DNA of 64,000 nt, from assembly GCF_965641715.1 (NCBI RefSeq), contig NZ_OZ282454.1, one strand, 5' to 3'. Shown in pieces: positions 21,065 to 32,230 of this stretch; position 1 is the first letter of the stretch, and the number at the start of each line of letters is the position of its first letter. The position numbers were made by a program, and so were the translations under genes. A model generated the notes under the pieces. It was not told the DNA's origin. It made no database searches and saw nothing but the letters and a program-made list of their open reading frames with translations. Origin of the DNA: Escherichia coli (GTDB taxonomy: Bacteria > Pseudomonadota > Gammaproteobacteria > Enterobacterales > Enterobacteriaceae).

Positions 21065-21784
21065 TCACGCCGCCTCCCGGAGTTTGTTCGGCACCATCCA
21101 CCGCTCCATCTCACGGACAGCGTGACCGGCCTCTCTTGCTGCAAGACTGGCTTCCGCAATAACCTGCCAGAACGGCATATTCTGCCACTGCCAGCGTTCC
21201 ATTCCGGACAGTGACGGAAAACGCTCGCCCCACTGCCAGAACAGGGTTTCCAGGTCATGCTCTGCCACCCGGTCACTCCAGCGTGCATGCCAGCTTCCGA
21301 CTGTTTCCGGCGAATGGAATGCCAGTTCGATTTCAGCCTGAGCGACCAGCGCCTGGTACGCACGGGCTTTCTGCTCTGCCTCCCGTGCCTGCTGGCGGCT
21401 GTACTTCTGCATGACCAGCGCGGATTTATGGCGACTTCGCTCCCTGACACGAAACCGCACCGACGGAAACACCCCCTCTGCTGCATCACCGGGAAGGGGA
21501 AGGAGGCAGACCTCGCCCTGTGTTTCAATCAGCACATCGATGGCATACAGCCACTGAAGACGGTTGCCGTGCAGTTCTTCTGCGGTCAGGGACGGCATGA
21601 AAAATCGCAGGTCAGACAGCGATATCCTGCGGCTTCCGTTCAGACAGCGGAAAAACGCCCCCGCATACGGATATTCCGCCAGCGTGTTACCCTGATGGCG
21701 GCGTTTTTCTGTCTCCGCCACCGCCCGCCATGCGGCCTGTTGCTCTGTGCTGAGGGGAACCAGTGCCTGTGAACGTGCGCTCAT
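21065..21784 (-). CDS. psiA: PsiA plasmid SOS-inhibition protein A
   Basis: 239 aa, same length as F PsiA; directly downstream of psiB. Confidence 0.9.
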   Translation of the reverse strand: MSARSQALVPLSTEQQAAWRAVAETEKRRHQGNTLAEYPYAGAFFRCLNGSRRISLSDLRFFMPSLTAEELHGNRLQWLYAIDVLIETQGEVCLLPLPGDAAEGVFPSVRFRVRERSRHKSALVMQKYSRQQAREAEQKARAYQALVAQAEIELAFHSPETVGSWHARWSDRVAEHDLETLFWQWGERFPSLSGMERWQWQNMPFWQVIAEASLAAREAGHAVREMERWMVPNKLREAA

Positions 21785-22218
21785 ACCTGACCTCCTTCCG
21801 CCATCAGGATATGGATGATGTCGTTAACGCTGTACCCCTGCGTATCCAGTGACGCCGCCAGTGCCAGTGAATGGCTGACTGCTTCCGGTGCAAACCGCCG
21901 CTGCACCTGAACCACCGCAAACGGCTCACCACCGGCATTCACCAGAACCAGCACCCAGACCAGAGAGACATTTCCCGGTGAACATAACGCCAGGTGAAAA
22001 CGTTCGTGGACAGGCGTGAAACGGACCTGGACGGGGAAAAAGCCGCCAAACTCGCTGCCGTACTCGCCGTTCAGCGTCCAATTGTCCGGCGCATCCAGCT
22101 CCCGCATCACGGCGTGTGTCAGCTCACGACGTTCACCACTTCCGGCAGCCCGGATATCCTCATATTCCTGTGCGCTCATGGTCTGTAATACATCCAAGGT
22201 CAGTTCAGTTTTCATCAC
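21781..22218 (-). CDS. psiB: PsiB plasmid SOS-inhibition protein B
   Basis: 145 aa; recalled PsiB sequence ([47 protein letters not shown]...). Confidence 0.92.
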   Translation of the reverse strand: MMKTELTLDVLQTMSAQEYEDIRAAGSGERRELTHAVMRELDAPDNWTLNGEYGSEFGGFFPVQVRFTPVHERFHLALCSPGNVSLVWVLVLVNAGGEPFAVVQVQRRFAPEAVSHSLALAASLDTQGYSVNDIIHILMAEGGQV

Positions 22219-22269
22219 GGTATCTCCCTTGCTGCCGCCCCGTCTCCGGCGGGGCGGTGTGGTTGTTCA

Positions 22270-24228
22270 TCAGGCGGCATCAGCCAGGTTATCGGCGCGT
22301 TCAGTGGCATCCGTCTGTGGACGTGGTGAACCCATCCAGCCAGGCACCCAGCGGTTGTCTTTCATGTGGAACTCTGCATGTTCAGCGGCATCGCCTTTCT
22401 TCATCTTCTCCGCGTCCTGTGCGGCACCGGACAGTCCGGCATCATTCAGGGCTGCGATAATCTGCGGCTTTTTCAGGTGTCCGAAGAAGTTTGCTTTCGT
22501 CGGCTGCCACCAGTCGCGCATGTGAAAGCCGATAGCGGTTTCCAGCGAGTCAAGCGGACTGCGTGACGTGTGACCATACTCACGGGTCTGAACACCGTGG
22601 ATGCTGCATGCGGTGCAGAAACTGAGCAGGGATAACAGCACCTCCTGACTGAGTGACAGGAACGTCGTCATGTTCCGTGCCCCCCCCTCCGGCAGCAGGG
22701 CAGCAAGACGGGCTTTTTCTGCCATCATCGCCATGAATGCGGCACCTTCCTTCCCCGATGGCGCATCGCTGGTCAGCGAATAATGTTTACATTCCAGGCT
22801 GATTTGTGCTGGTTTACTGTACGCTCCGCTGCCAAACACATTCAGACAGAGCGTCCATGCCAGCAGTGCCAGAGATTTGTCCGGCTGTTGCATCAGCGCC
22901 GCCTGGACTGCCAGCGTGCGCTCTGAAGACATTTTCGTCAGCAGTGGCAGACTGATTTCCTCCACTGACGCTTTCTCCTGCACCTGTTCCGTGCGGTCAG
23001 CGTCGGCAGCCGCGTCATCCTCGCTGCGCAACTGCACACCACGCTGGACACATACGTTGCCATAACGCCAGGACACCACCACACCGCTTCCGGCACGCAT
23101 CTCCGGCGTCCACGCCATGACCTTCGCCATGCAGTCAATCAGCTTCATTTCAGCTTCCAGCAGGTCGGATTCCTCACAGTGGTTTTCCAGCGCGTCGTAA
23201 CGTGCCATCAGTTCGTTCAGGCGTTCTTCTTCCGCCTCGGTCAGCACCGCTTCCGGCTCCGGCAGACAACGGTATGTTCCGGCATCCTCACGGCAGAAAC
23301 CGACAGGCTCCATACGTCCGGCGCACCATTCCCAGCCTTCAGCTTCCCGAAGGTGTTCAGCGACAGCCTGGAGTTTTTCCAGCAGGGCTGCATCGAGCGC
23401 AACACAGTCCACATAGCCACCCTCGTCGTCGCTGAACAAATCGGTGCGCAGTTCGTCTGGCGAGAAGGCATCAGCCCCCACGAAGCGGAATTTACTGTTC
23501 CCCGCCACCGCCACTTCACTTTCGGTCACCAGACGACGAATGGTCTGCACTTCCGGTTTTCCACCCCATCCCGACTGACAGGCAGCTTCAAACACCTGCA
23601 CCTGACGCGCGGTGTCGTTCTCCAGCGCCAGCGCCTGACAGTGCTCTGTGGTGATGCGGTCTTCTGCCAGCGCACCGAGGATGACTGGTGCAAGGTCTGC
23701 CAGTTTCAGCATTCGCTGAACGTGGCGGGGTGAATAGCCCAGCAAATCACCGATTTGTGCAGGTGTTTTGCCTTCCTGCGCCATTGCGCGGAATCCGGCA
23801 ATCTGTTCGGCAGGGTGCATATCCCGACGCTGACCGTTCTCGGTCAGCGATGCAGCCGTCGCCAGTTCCTGCGGGATAACCTTCACGCGGACAGGCCAGT
23901 CCGCCGGAATGATTCCACGCTCTGCCAGCATATTGAGTGCTGCCAGTCTGCGACCACCTGCGGCGACACCGTGGCGGTCACCTGGCAGGGCATGCACGAC
24001 CAGATTCTGCAGCAGGCCGACGCCTTTAATGGACTCCGCCAGTTCGCTGACTGACTCCGCAGAATACGGCACCGTGCGCACATTCAGTGGTGATTTAATC
24101 AGTGAGGCCAGCGGCACGCTCACTTCCGCCGTCTGCGCCAGCAGGGCTGACAGGGCAGTCTCCTGCTCTTTTGACGGTTTACGGCTGGATTTACGCTCCG
24201 TTTTTGTCTTAGACTCTGTAACTGACAT
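22270..24228 (-). CDS. ParB/Srx-like nuclease-domain protein (F Orf652/YubM type)
   Basis: 652 aa; N-terminal ParB-like region; conserved leading-region position upstream of psiB. Confidence 0.85.
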   Translation of the reverse strand: MSVTESKTKTERKSSRKPSKEQETALSALLAQTAEVSVPLASLIKSPLNVRTVPYSAESVSELAESIKGVGLLQNLVVHALPGDRHGVAAGGRRLAALNMLAERGIIPADWPVRVKVIPQELATAASLTENGQRRDMHPAEQIAGFRAMAQEGKTPAQIGDLLGYSPRHVQRMLKLADLAPVILGALAEDRITTEHCQALALENDTARQVQVFEAACQSGWGGKPEVQTIRRLVTESEVAVAGNSKFRFVGADAFSPDELRTDLFSDDEGGYVDCVALDAALLEKLQAVAEHLREAEGWEWCAGRMEPVGFCREDAGTYRCLPEPEAVLTEAEEERLNELMARYDALENHCEESDLLEAEMKLIDCMAKVMAWTPEMRAGSGVVVSWRYGNVCVQRGVQLRSEDDAAADADRTEQVQEKASVEEISLPLLTKMSSERTLAVQAALMQQPDKSLALLAWTLCLNVFGSGAYSKPAQISLECKHYSLTSDAPSGKEGAAFMAMMAEKARLAALLPEGGARNMTTFLSLSQEVLLSLLSFCTACSIHGVQTREYGHTSRSPLDSLETAIGFHMRDWWQPTKANFFGHLKKPQIIAALNDAGLSGAAQDAEKMKKGDAAEHAEFHMKDNRWVPGWMGSPRPQTDATERADNLADAA

Positions 24229-24291
24229 ATATTTCTCCTTTGACCGGGATGGTTGTATGTCTGCCGGACGCGTTCCCGTCCGGCACCTCTC

Positions 24292-24564
<273 letters not shown>

Positions 24565-24582
24565 TTATCACAGTCAGCCCGA

Positions 24583-25116
24583 TCAGAACGGGATGTCGTC
24601 ATCGAAGTTATATTCGGGTTCAGACGGCGGCTGAGGCTCCGGCTGCGCGGCCTTACGTCCACGGCCTTTCGTTTTTGCGCCTCCTTTTTTCGTACCGGCC
24701 TCCGCCTGTGGTTCCGGCTGAGACTGACCGCTGAACTGTTGCCCCTCTTCCGGCTGAGTCTGAGCACCTGCGGCACGTCCCAGCATCTGCATGGTGCCCG
24801 TGGTCTTAACAAGGATTTCGGTGACGTAACGGGTGATACCGTTATCCTCCCAGCTACGGGTGCGAAGCTGACCTTCGATGTAGACCTGCGCGCCCTTGCG
24901 CAGATATTCACCTGCCACTTCCGCGAGCCTGCCGAACAGCACCACGCGATGCCATTCTGTCTGCTCCCTCATCTCCCCCGTCTGTTTGTCACGCCAGCTT
25001 TCTGACGTGGCCACCTGCAGGTTTGCCACTGCGCCACCGTTGGGGATGTAACGGACTTCCGGATCTTTTCCCAGGCGTCCTACGAGAATGACCTTGTTAA
25101 TTCCACGAACTGCCAT
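24583..25116 (-). CDS. ssb: plasmid single-stranded DNA-binding protein
   Basis: start at [25 protein letters not shown]-fold N-terminus, Gly/Gln-rich linker, acidic tail ending DDDIPF. Confidence 0.93.
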   Translation of the reverse strand: MAVRGINKVILVGRLGKDPEVRYIPNGGAVANLQVATSESWRDKQTGEMREQTEWHRVVLFGRLAEVAGEYLRKGAQVYIEGQLRTRSWEDNGITRYVTEILVKTTGTMQMLGRAAGAQTQPEEGQQFSGQSQPEPQAEAGTKKGGAKTKGRGRKAAQPEPQPPSEPEYNFDDDIPF

Positions 25117-25140
25117 GATGTGTCTCCTTCTGTTGATGTT

Positions 25141-25770
25141 TTCAGCCCCCATCATCTGTTGAGTTTCGGGAGCCGCGGTTTTGACGTTTTGCGGGGACCT
25201 GCCTTTTGTTCCCTCCGGTATTCACCATCACCTGTTTGAGAACCTTCGCCGCAAGGGGCATCACTGCCACGGCCGGAAACGACTGTCCGGGGGCAGACCG
25301 CAAAAGTTTTTGCCGGCTTTTGGGCAAAAACTTTTGTGGGATGTGCATTTCACCCCTGGACTGACGGAGACGGTTGTGGCTGTCTTTGCCCCCGGCGACA
25401 GGGGTTCAAACAGGTGCAGGGCACCGGACACAACAACGGGCAGGCACCCGCCGCAACGACGTGAAGCGCGGTTTGCGAAACGGCGTTGCCCTCACATCCC
25501 GGCGGCCTTTTGCCGGGATGCCAGGAGCGCAGGCCACGGCGCGACAGAGGCGGCGCGACCGGAACTGTCGCTGCAAGCCCGGGGTTTTCACGCATCGGAC
25601 CGTAGCGACAGCCCGAAACCGCGCCAGCGGGTTCGGCGGAGACTGGCAGGTGCGCCAGCAGCTGCCTGTCGGAGTCGGGCCTGACGACCGGATGCCGCCA
25701 GGCAGCCGGGAGCCGAAGGTGCGCCCGGCATACAGGACAACACTGCTGTAGTCAGAATCAGAGCAGCAGG
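25141..25770. repeat. Frpo/ssi-like leading-region repeat, copy B (full length, about 630 bp)
   Basis: GC-rich, hairpin-rich; directly upstream of ssb in transcription sense. Confidence 0.7.
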
Positions 25771-25972
25771 AAAAAGAAGAACAGTAGCAGTAGCAGGAAC
25801 AACAACATCAGTAACAGACAAATGACAGGCATGAAGAAACAGAAGCCCCCATCAGAACGTCCGCGTAATGAAAGGGGCGGTGCGTCAGCGCGCCCCCTTT
25901 CAGCGCCACCGGCGCGCGGTCTTTTCCCGGCGCGGGCAGACGGGCATTTATCCTCCCGCCTGCCCTGTGTCA

Positions 25973-26536
25973 TCAGGCACGCAAACGAATAATCATCGTC
26001 GGAACACGGGTATAAGCAAACGTCCCGCGCGGCAGCTCCTCGCGGATGTCAGAAAACGGTAACAGCTTCTCCTGCTGGCGTGGCCCGTTCAGACAGACGG
26101 CGACCAGCACGCCACCCGGACGCAACAGGGAAAAGGCCCGCAGGATATGCCGGATATCCTGCCCGTGACTGAACGGCGGATTCATGATAATCCGGCTGTA
26201 ATACTGCGCTGGCTGCCAGTCCATGAAGTCATCACACTGCACCCTGACACCGTTAAAATTTTCCCGCAGATACCGGACCAGCCCGCTGTTAATCTCCACC
26301 GCATCACACATGGCCCCCGGCGCGATATCCCGAATCGCCCGCAGTATGGCTCCGGTGCCGGCAGAGGGCTCCAGAATGTGATCATGGTTGCTGATCTCCG
26401 CCAGCGTCACCAAGCGATCACAGACCGGGGCAGGTGTCACAAAGAGCTGAGATTCAGCCCGGATTTCAGCAACCGGTGCAGCGTTATCCAGCCCTGCGCG
26501 CATCAGCCTGATACGTTCTTTTAACTGACTGTGCAT
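25973..26536 (-). CDS. SAM-dependent N6-adenine DNA methyltransferase (small orphan MTase)
   Basis: 187 aa; motif I-like EPSAGTGA and motif IV NPPF. Confidence 0.75.
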   Translation of the reverse strand: MHSQLKERIRLMRAGLDNAAPVAEIRAESQLFVTPAPVCDRLVTLAEISNHDHILEPSAGTGAILRAIRDIAPGAMCDAVEINSGLVRYLRENFNGVRVQCDDFMDWQPAQYYSRIIMNPPFSHGQDIRHILRAFSLLRPGGVLVAVCLNGPRQQEKLLPFSDIREELPRGTFAYTRVPTMIIRLRA

Positions 26537-26583
26537 GTCATTATCTCCGTTATCCCCCGGGGATTTTCCCCGGGGGATAAGTC

Positions 26584-27945
26584 TTATTTCTGCGGGATTT
26601 CCGTGATTTTCATGTCGGTGATATACACATTCACCAGACGGAAATTGTTGTCCATTGTGCGGCGGTAACGATATGCTCCGTGCTCTTCTGTCTCTGCCAC
26701 ACTGCGCACGGCCTTACAGTCCCGGGGCAGGGCGGCCCACTCTGCCTTTGTCATTTCCCGGAAGCCTTCCCCCGGATAGTTGACTACAGGCGGACGCTTC
26801 GCGGCCTGTCTGGCGACAACGGCCTCTTCTGCCGATGGCGCTTTGTAGTCCGTGATGCGATCAGGCGTCACTTTCATCGTGCCACTGTACCCGAGGAAAC
26901 TGTAATTCGGCGTTGTGACTGAACTCACCGCCCCGTTGCTTTTGTTCACGCGGATGATGGTCAGCCACTCGCCCCGGCTGCAAACCTGCCCGCCCGGCTC
27001 AAAATCTTGTGTCCGGGTAACCACGCCGCCGCTTTCGTCCAGCATGGCACGCTCATAGATCAAGCGGTTCTGATAGTGGTTAACCCAGCGTTGCTGACGC
27101 TGAATCTGCCGTTCATGGCAGCGGATCGCAATTTCGCGGGCCTGCTCCGTGGTGATAATGTCATCATCCAGGGCCGACCATAACGATCGACTCCCTTCAT
27201 ACTGGCTTTTTTCTGCCGGGCGCGGATACCTGTCCAGCGGGAAACAGGCACTGATTCGGTCATAACTGCTGATAAGTTTTGCCATATTCAGATCCAGCGA
27301 TTCAGCCCGCCACATCGTCAGATATTTCTGCGACTGTGCGATGGTCTTTTCAGCCTTGCGCAAATCAGCCTCGATTTTTTTGATACGACGCCAGCGAACG
27401 TCCGGACGTTCTTTATACTTCGCGAGAAGCAGTGCCGACCGCGCCCGCGCCTCCCAGTATTCCGCACGTTCAAAGAGCATCACGGCACGTTTCATACCAT
27501 TTTCAATACGCTGCGCATCACGACGGGCGCGGCGTTCGCTGTGATGTCCCACAAGGATCGGCTGACCGGGCGGGATCATCGCGGCCAGTCTTTCCACTTC
27601 ATCAAGTGCCTGTGCGGATTCACTGGCCCGCTTTCCGCTGTATCCGGTAAACCGCTCCGCCCGTGCTTCCTGACGTTCAGCGAGCGTACTGTCTTCATCC
27701 TCAATCTCTCCGGCAAGTGAGAGGAGCACGTCTTCCCGGCCCGGTGTCCAGGCAGGAGCCACAAACAGCGCCTGTTTGGGTGCCCAGCGGAAACCGGCAT
27801 CATGGACTTTTTTATACGTCTCCGGGTCAAGACGTGACGCGGCATACAGGCGCAGTTTGTTGTCATCCGGTGAGTAGGTCGCGCGGTACATCTGCACAGG
27901 GCTGGCGGCTTCCGGGGCGGTCATGGTGATTGCTGCTAATGTCAT
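26584..27945 (-). CDS. hypothetical leading-region protein (possibly DUF3560-like)
   Basis: 453 aa ORF; family from memory only. Confidence 0.6.
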   Translation of the reverse strand: MTLAAITMTAPEAASPVQMYRATYSPDDNKLRLYAASRLDPETYKKVHDAGFRWAPKQALFVAPAWTPGREDVLLSLAGEIEDEDSTLAERQEARAERFTGYSGKRASESAQALDEVERLAAMIPPGQPILVGHHSERRARRDAQRIENGMKRAVMLFERAEYWEARARSALLLAKYKERPDVRWRRIKKIEADLRKAEKTIAQSQKYLTMWRAESLDLNMAKLISSYDRISACFPLDRYPRPAEKSQYEGSRSLWSALDDDIITTEQAREIAIRCHERQIQRQQRWVNHYQNRLIYERAMLDESGGVVTRTQDFEPGGQVCSRGEWLTIIRVNKSNGAVSSVTTPNYSFLGYSGTMKVTPDRITDYKAPSAEEAVVARQAAKRPPVVNYPGEGFREMTKAEWAALPRDCKAVRSVAETEEHGAYRYRRTMDNNFRLVNVYITDMKITEIPQK

Positions 27946-27996
27946 AAAATGTTCTCCTTCCGTCTGTTGCCGCCCCTCGCGGGGCGGCTCACCTCA

Positions 27997-28227
27997 TCAG
28001 TTAAAAGCGCGTTTCAGTTCGAGTGTGCGGAGCACCTGCCCGAAAGCCGTGTTTTTCATGGCGGGGATGTGTACACCACGCCCCCGGTGAAAACTCCGGG
28101 CTATGTGTCGCCCGAAGGCTTTCAGCACGGGGGCAATTTCCGGCGCGGGGATGTCTTCGCGTCTGAAACGGGGATGACGGCGGGGCTTTACAGCCGCTGC
28201 GGAAGGTGAAACAATACTTAAAGTCAT
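27997..28227 (-). CDS. hypothetical small protein
   Basis: 76 aa basic ORF first downstream of repeat copy C. Confidence 0.4.
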   Translation of the reverse strand: MTLSIVSPSAAAVKPRRHPRFRREDIPAPEIAPVLKAFGRHIARSFHRGRGVHIPAMKNTAFGQVLRTLELKRAFN

Positions 28228-28454
28228 AATTTAGCCTCTTATGACGGTTGAATGGAGCCGCAAAAACTGTTCGTGCAGTCTCTGCGGCGTGGATTAAGCA
28301 GGTCCCTGACCTGCTTTTTTCATATCTGCATCTGACGTTCTCCGGTGTTTTCCTCCTTCTGTTCCTGCGTTTTCATTACCTGCCAGCCGGATGACTGGCA
28401 GAATACATAAATGCGTATTGCCGGAGCCTGAAATAAATCCTGATTTTTAAAGAA

Positions 28455-28895
28455 CATCACCCGTTGAGTTTCGGGAGCCGCGGTTTTGACGTTTCGCGGG
28501 AACCTGCTGCTGTATTCCCTGTGGTATGAACTTCACCCGTTTGAGAACCTTCGCCGCAAGGGGCATCACTGCCACGGCCTGACGCACCTGTCCGGGGCAG
28601 AACGCAAAATTTTTTACCGGGTTCTGGGTAAAAAATTTTGTGGGCTGTTCATTTACCCTGGACAGTCAGTGCGACAGGTTGTGGCTATATGAGCCCCCGG
28701 CGACAGGGACTCATACGGGTGTGTGGCACCCGGCAGGCAATGAGCAGGGACCCGCTGCAACGACGGAGAGCGCGTGCGCGAAACGGCGTTGCCCCTTACA
28801 TCCCGGCGGCCTTTTGCCGGGATGCCAGGAGCGCAGGCCACGGTGCGACAGAGGCGGCGCGACCGTTCCGGTCGCTGCAAGCCGGGGGTTTTCGC
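28455..28895. repeat. Frpo/ssi-like leading-region repeat, copy C
   Basis: shares 5' block (GTTGAGTTTCGGGAGCCGCGGTTTTGACG...) and 3' block with copy B. Confidence 0.7.
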
Positions 28896-28931
28896 GCGGG
28901 CTGACAGGCGGCCTCCACCGCCTACCCTGTA

Positions 28932-29123
28932 TCACCTGTGTCTGCTGCCCTGAAGGATGTACTGACCACCGAGGAAAACAGCCTGCTGATTCGCTACAAA
29001 ATCGCAGATTTCATCAACAATCTGCGCGGTGGTGAGCGGTTTCTGTCCCATTTCACGACGCCGCGCATTAATCACGGCCCTGTAATTACGCAGAATTTCG
29101 CGGGTTTCCGTGCTGATATTCAT
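28932..29123 (-). CDS. hypothetical small protein
   Basis: 63 aa ORF abutting the next gene. Confidence 0.35.
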   Translation of the reverse strand: MNISTETREILRNYRAVINARRREMGQKPLTTAQIVDEICDFVANQQAVFLGGQYILQGSRHR

Positions 29124-29542
29124 TACCCGTTCTCCCCGTCCAGCGCCTGACGCATCACCCGCATAATCTCACGTTCTTCCCTGACAAATGCGTCACCGTC
29201 GCCCCCGTTCTCGCACCCGACAGCATGGAGGCGATAAATTTCACTACCAGCCATCACCATCACTTTTTCCAGCAGCACCGCAGGGACTGTTACAAGACGG
29301 TTTACGCGCTTTTCCTCCATCAGTTCATTGACAATATCGGAAACAACTCTGTCACATGCGCCATATACAAAAGCATCGTCCAGCCGCTGCATGACGGTTT
29401 CCAGCTCATCGTCTGACAGGTTCCAGTCCTGAGCCATATGGCGTACATCCCCACGGGTCAGCACTACGGCAAAAACGCATTCACTGTCCGGCACGTCTGT
29501 ATCCAGTACATCGCGGATAATTTCTTTAACAGTACAGTACAT
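29123..29542 (-). CDS. hypothetical protein, paralog of 32231-32698 (possibly DUF1380-like)
   Basis: 139 aa; shares motif NRLVTVPAxLL and acidic character with ORF 32231-32698. Confidence 0.55.
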   Translation of the reverse strand: MYCTVKEIIRDVLDTDVPDSECVFAVVLTRGDVRHMAQDWNLSDDELETVMQRLDDAFVYGACDRVVSDIVNELMEEKRVNRLVTVPAVLLEKVMVMAGSEIYRLHAVGCENGGDGDAFVREEREIMRVMRQALDGENG

Positions 29543-29588
29543 GTTCTCGTCTCCTTTACAGGGGCGGCATTGCCGCCCCGTCCGTTAA

Positions 29589-30014
29589 TCAGTCCAGTGC
29601 CGCATAAATCGCGTTACATTCGGGGTGAAATTCGATGTGGCTCCACAACTGCGCATCACGCATCCTGTACAGGTGTGCCAGCCCTGCGTTACCGCTGTCG
29701 TGGTACAGCCACAACTGGCGGTTAATCACAAGAGACATCAGAATGATGCCTGCGGCATCGGCACTGACCGTGCGGTCAAACCAGTTTTCACCGTTAACCA
29801 GATGAAAACGGTCGCCATCCGGCATCATGTAGCCGCCACCGTCCGGCAGGCGGATGAAATGCCAGAAGCCTCCCTGATATTCCGGCATCATTTTTTTCGC
29901 CAGCGCATACACTGATGCCTCGGCATACAGAAAATCGTTGCCAAACAGGTAAGGCAGAAAAGACAGACGGTCGATTTCTTCAACGTTCAGGGTGACAGAT
30001 TTTGCATACTGCAT
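29589..30014 (-). CDS. klcA: KlcA/ArdB-family anti-restriction protein
   Basis: about 141 aa from MQYAKS; recalled KlcA pattern DRLSFLP...FG...EASVYA...GGFWHF..LPDGGGYM.PD...VNGN...SADAAGI...AIYAALD. Confidence 0.78.
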   Translation of the reverse strand: MQYAKSVTLNVEEIDRLSFLPYLFGNDFLYAEASVYALAKKMMPEYQGGFWHFIRLPDGGGYMMPDGDRFHLVNGENWFDRTVSADAAGIILMSLVINRQLWLYHDSGNAGLAHLYRMRDAQLWSHIEFHPECNAIYAALD

Positions 30015-30120
30015 GGGATTTCCTCCGTTGTTCACATATTCCGCGACATCGGGCGGTGCCGGCGGCGACTTCCTTTGTGCTCTGTCCGGGGACCGGCAGG
30101 AAAAAGGCGGGGATTCTCCC

Positions 30121-31459
30121 CATAAGCGCTAACTTAAGGGTTGAACCATCTGAAGAATGCGACGCCTCGGTGCCTCGTTAAGACGATGCCTCGCGTTCTT
30201 CAATTGCGTTTTGTAGGCTGTCAGGGATACTGTCCCACGAATGGCCACCTGTAAGCTCCAGATGACCATTTTTGTTATTCTCCACAACGAGTTAGTTCTT
30301 CTTTTCGGATCCGGCACTTCTGGGGGGGAAATCCAGCGATGGCTGGATTATGTCGTCAATTAAAAATGCGGCGAGTAGATTAGCAAATATCCACGCTTTC
30401 GCGAGTTCAGGTTCCTTTGCACGCAAAGCATCCAGGTGCAGCAAACTTTTGAGCCGCTTAAAAGCCAGTTCAATTTGCCATCGCAGACGGTAACAATCAG
30501 CCACTTGCTCTGCTGAATATTCATCTTCCGGTAATGATGTTAGCAATAGCACATGGCCCGCTGCTTCCAGCGTTTCCGCCTGAACTACTCGTCCTTTTCG
30601 ACGATTCTCGCTGAGCAGTCGGGTTTTACTGATTAATGCTTTTTCGGGAGGAAGTGATACGGCAATGAGACGTGCCGGAAAGGGAGCTCCGGCTTTTTTA
30701 TTACCTGAATTGCCTATCATTACAGTGGTTTCACCGTTCTTACCGCAATCCAGCCCGCGCAGAAAACCCATCATGTCAAAGCGCATTCCTTCTGCAGTTA
30801 ACCAGCGCAATCCTCGCCAGTGAACCCGGACGATATAATCAGCTTCTCCAAAAGCAAGTGAGCGGATACATTCGGGACGCGAACCGAATCCCCGGTCAGC
30901 AATGCGTATCTCGTCTGCCGTTTGCGCAAATCGGTCCAGCCGTTCAGCGTCTCTGCTGTCGGTTAGCTCAAAATCAGTGAACTGACAGGTATGAGGATCA
31001 TATCCCATATGTAGTCGCCATTCAGCGCTGCCGCCCCCGGGCGCACTGATTGCTGTTCCATCGACAAGACGCAATCTCTTTCCGCTTGTACAACCCGTAA
31101 CTGCGGCGCGTACAGCAAGTGTTTGTGCGGCAAGTATGCCAAACCAGTCGGCGGCATTCCGCAGCCGCTTCAGGAGAGCCACGTCAGATAATGTTGCAAC
31201 GTCATGGAGCTGAGCCCATGCAGTGACTTCACGTAATGACATCCCCCCGGGGCCGTAAGCCAGCCCCAGACGTAGCAGAGTTGCAGCATCACGAATTTCG
31301 CGGCGGCGGGTTAGAGCCCCGGCATTACGTGCCGAAGTATCCAGTTCTTCGGGCTTACCAATATGGGCCAGAATTGCTGACCAGTTATCGTGAGAGTAAT
31401 TCATCGGCACGTTAAATCATATCAGGCGTAATACCACAACCCTTAAGTTAGCGCTTATG
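30121..31459 (-). mobile_element. IS186 (IS4 family), complete, with target-site duplication
   Basis: 1339 bp; terminal inverted repeats CATAAGCGCTAACTTAAGGGTTG (30121-30143) and CAACCCTTAAGTTAGCGCTTATG (31437-31459); flanking direct repeat GGATTCTCCC(C). Confidence 0.9.
30292..31410 (-). CDS. IS186 transposase
   Basis: 372 aa ORF matching recalled IS186 transposase (MNYSHDNWSAILAHIGKPEELDTSARNAGALTRRREIRDAATLLRLGLAYGPGGMSLREV...). Confidence 0.92.
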   Translation of the reverse strand: MPMNYSHDNWSAILAHIGKPEELDTSARNAGALTRRREIRDAATLLRLGLAYGPGGMSLREVTAWAQLHDVATLSDVALLKRLRNAADWFGILAAQTLAVRAAVTGCTSGKRLRLVDGTAISAPGGGSAEWRLHMGYDPHTCQFTDFELTDSRDAERLDRFAQTADEIRIADRGFGSRPECIRSLAFGEADYIVRVHWRGLRWLTAEGMRFDMMGFLRGLDCGKNGETTVMIGNSGNKKAGAPFPARLIAVSLPPEKALISKTRLLSENRRKGRVVQAETLEAAGHVLLLTSLPEDEYSAEQVADCYRLRWQIELAFKRLKSLLHLDALRAKEPELAKAWIFANLLAAFLIDDIIQPSLDFPPRSAGSEKKN

Positions 31460-31477
31460 GGATTCTCCCCGCCATCA

Positions 31478-32185
31478 TCAGCCCCTGATTTTTGCCAGGG
31501 CATCCGCCATGCTGCGGATTTCGACCCGGGCTTCCCGGACAACTTCCCGCAGAACACCACGGTCAAACCACCGGCGGGACGGTTCATCCAGTATACGCAG
31601 CACATCGCAGGCCAGCCCACTGGCCAGGATATGCTCAATACAATCGCTGACCAGATACATTTCCACCGCCGAAAAACGTGCGCCCCGGTTCAGAATGGCA
31701 TCGAGCACCACGGGCAGGTTTTCGTCGTCTTCATCGAGCCAGCAGGGGTGATCGCTTTCCTTCACGACCAGGCGAAAGCGGCGCGTCTGGCGGGTCAGCA
31801 ACGTCTGACCGCTTGTGGTCAGCGCCGCCCGGATACGCCGCGCATCTTCTGCCAGCCATTCGCCGGCATACGGGAAAGACACCTGCGTTTCGTCTGCCGG
31901 AAGTACCGGAAGCGACTGCCACTGACTGCCGGACAGAACAAGTTCCGCTCCGGTTCCGGTCAGTTTCTGAATGGCGGAGGCCAAGTGCGGCGGCAGTACG
32001 CCGCCGTGGCGGTTGATAAGTAACGTCGCCAGCCGGGGCGCATCCAGCCGCACGTAAATGCTGATCCAGCCCGGATACTTCGGGTTCCGCTGGTCAACAT
32101 CCGTCTCTTCCGGCCAGCCCTGCGCCAGTAGCAGGTTACGAGCGTGGCGATAAATCAGTGCATTCAGCGTTGTGTTTTCGTTCAT
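31478..32185 (-). CDS. hypothetical leading-region protein
   Basis: 235 aa ORF ending 18 bp from the IS186 right end. Confidence 0.55.
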   Translation of the reverse strand: MNENTTLNALIYRHARNLLLAQGWPEETDVDQRNPKYPGWISIYVRLDAPRLATLLINRHGGVLPPHLASAIQKLTGTGAELVLSGSQWQSLPVLPADETQVSFPYAGEWLAEDARRIRAALTTSGQTLLTRQTRRFRLVVKESDHPCWLDEDDENLPVVLDAILNRGARFSAVEMYLVSDCIEHILASGLACDVLRILDEPSRRWFDRGVLREVVREARVEIRSMADALAKIRG

Positions 32186-32230
32186 GATTAATCGTTCTCC
32201 CTGTATCGCCGCCCGCAGGCGGCGATAACA

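Noticed and set aside
23179-23733. 184 aa plus-strand ORF, with others at 22016-22525 and 23909-24502
   Set aside because: Antisense to the parB-like gene; GC-rich shadow ORFs.
25181-25821. Several 60-170 aa ORFs on both strands inside the repeat copies (also at 19710-20093 and 28638-29035)
   Set aside because: They fall inside non-coding Frpo/ssi-like repeats and recur only because the DNA repeat recurs; Arg/Pro/Ala-rich translations typical of GC-rich non-coding DNA.
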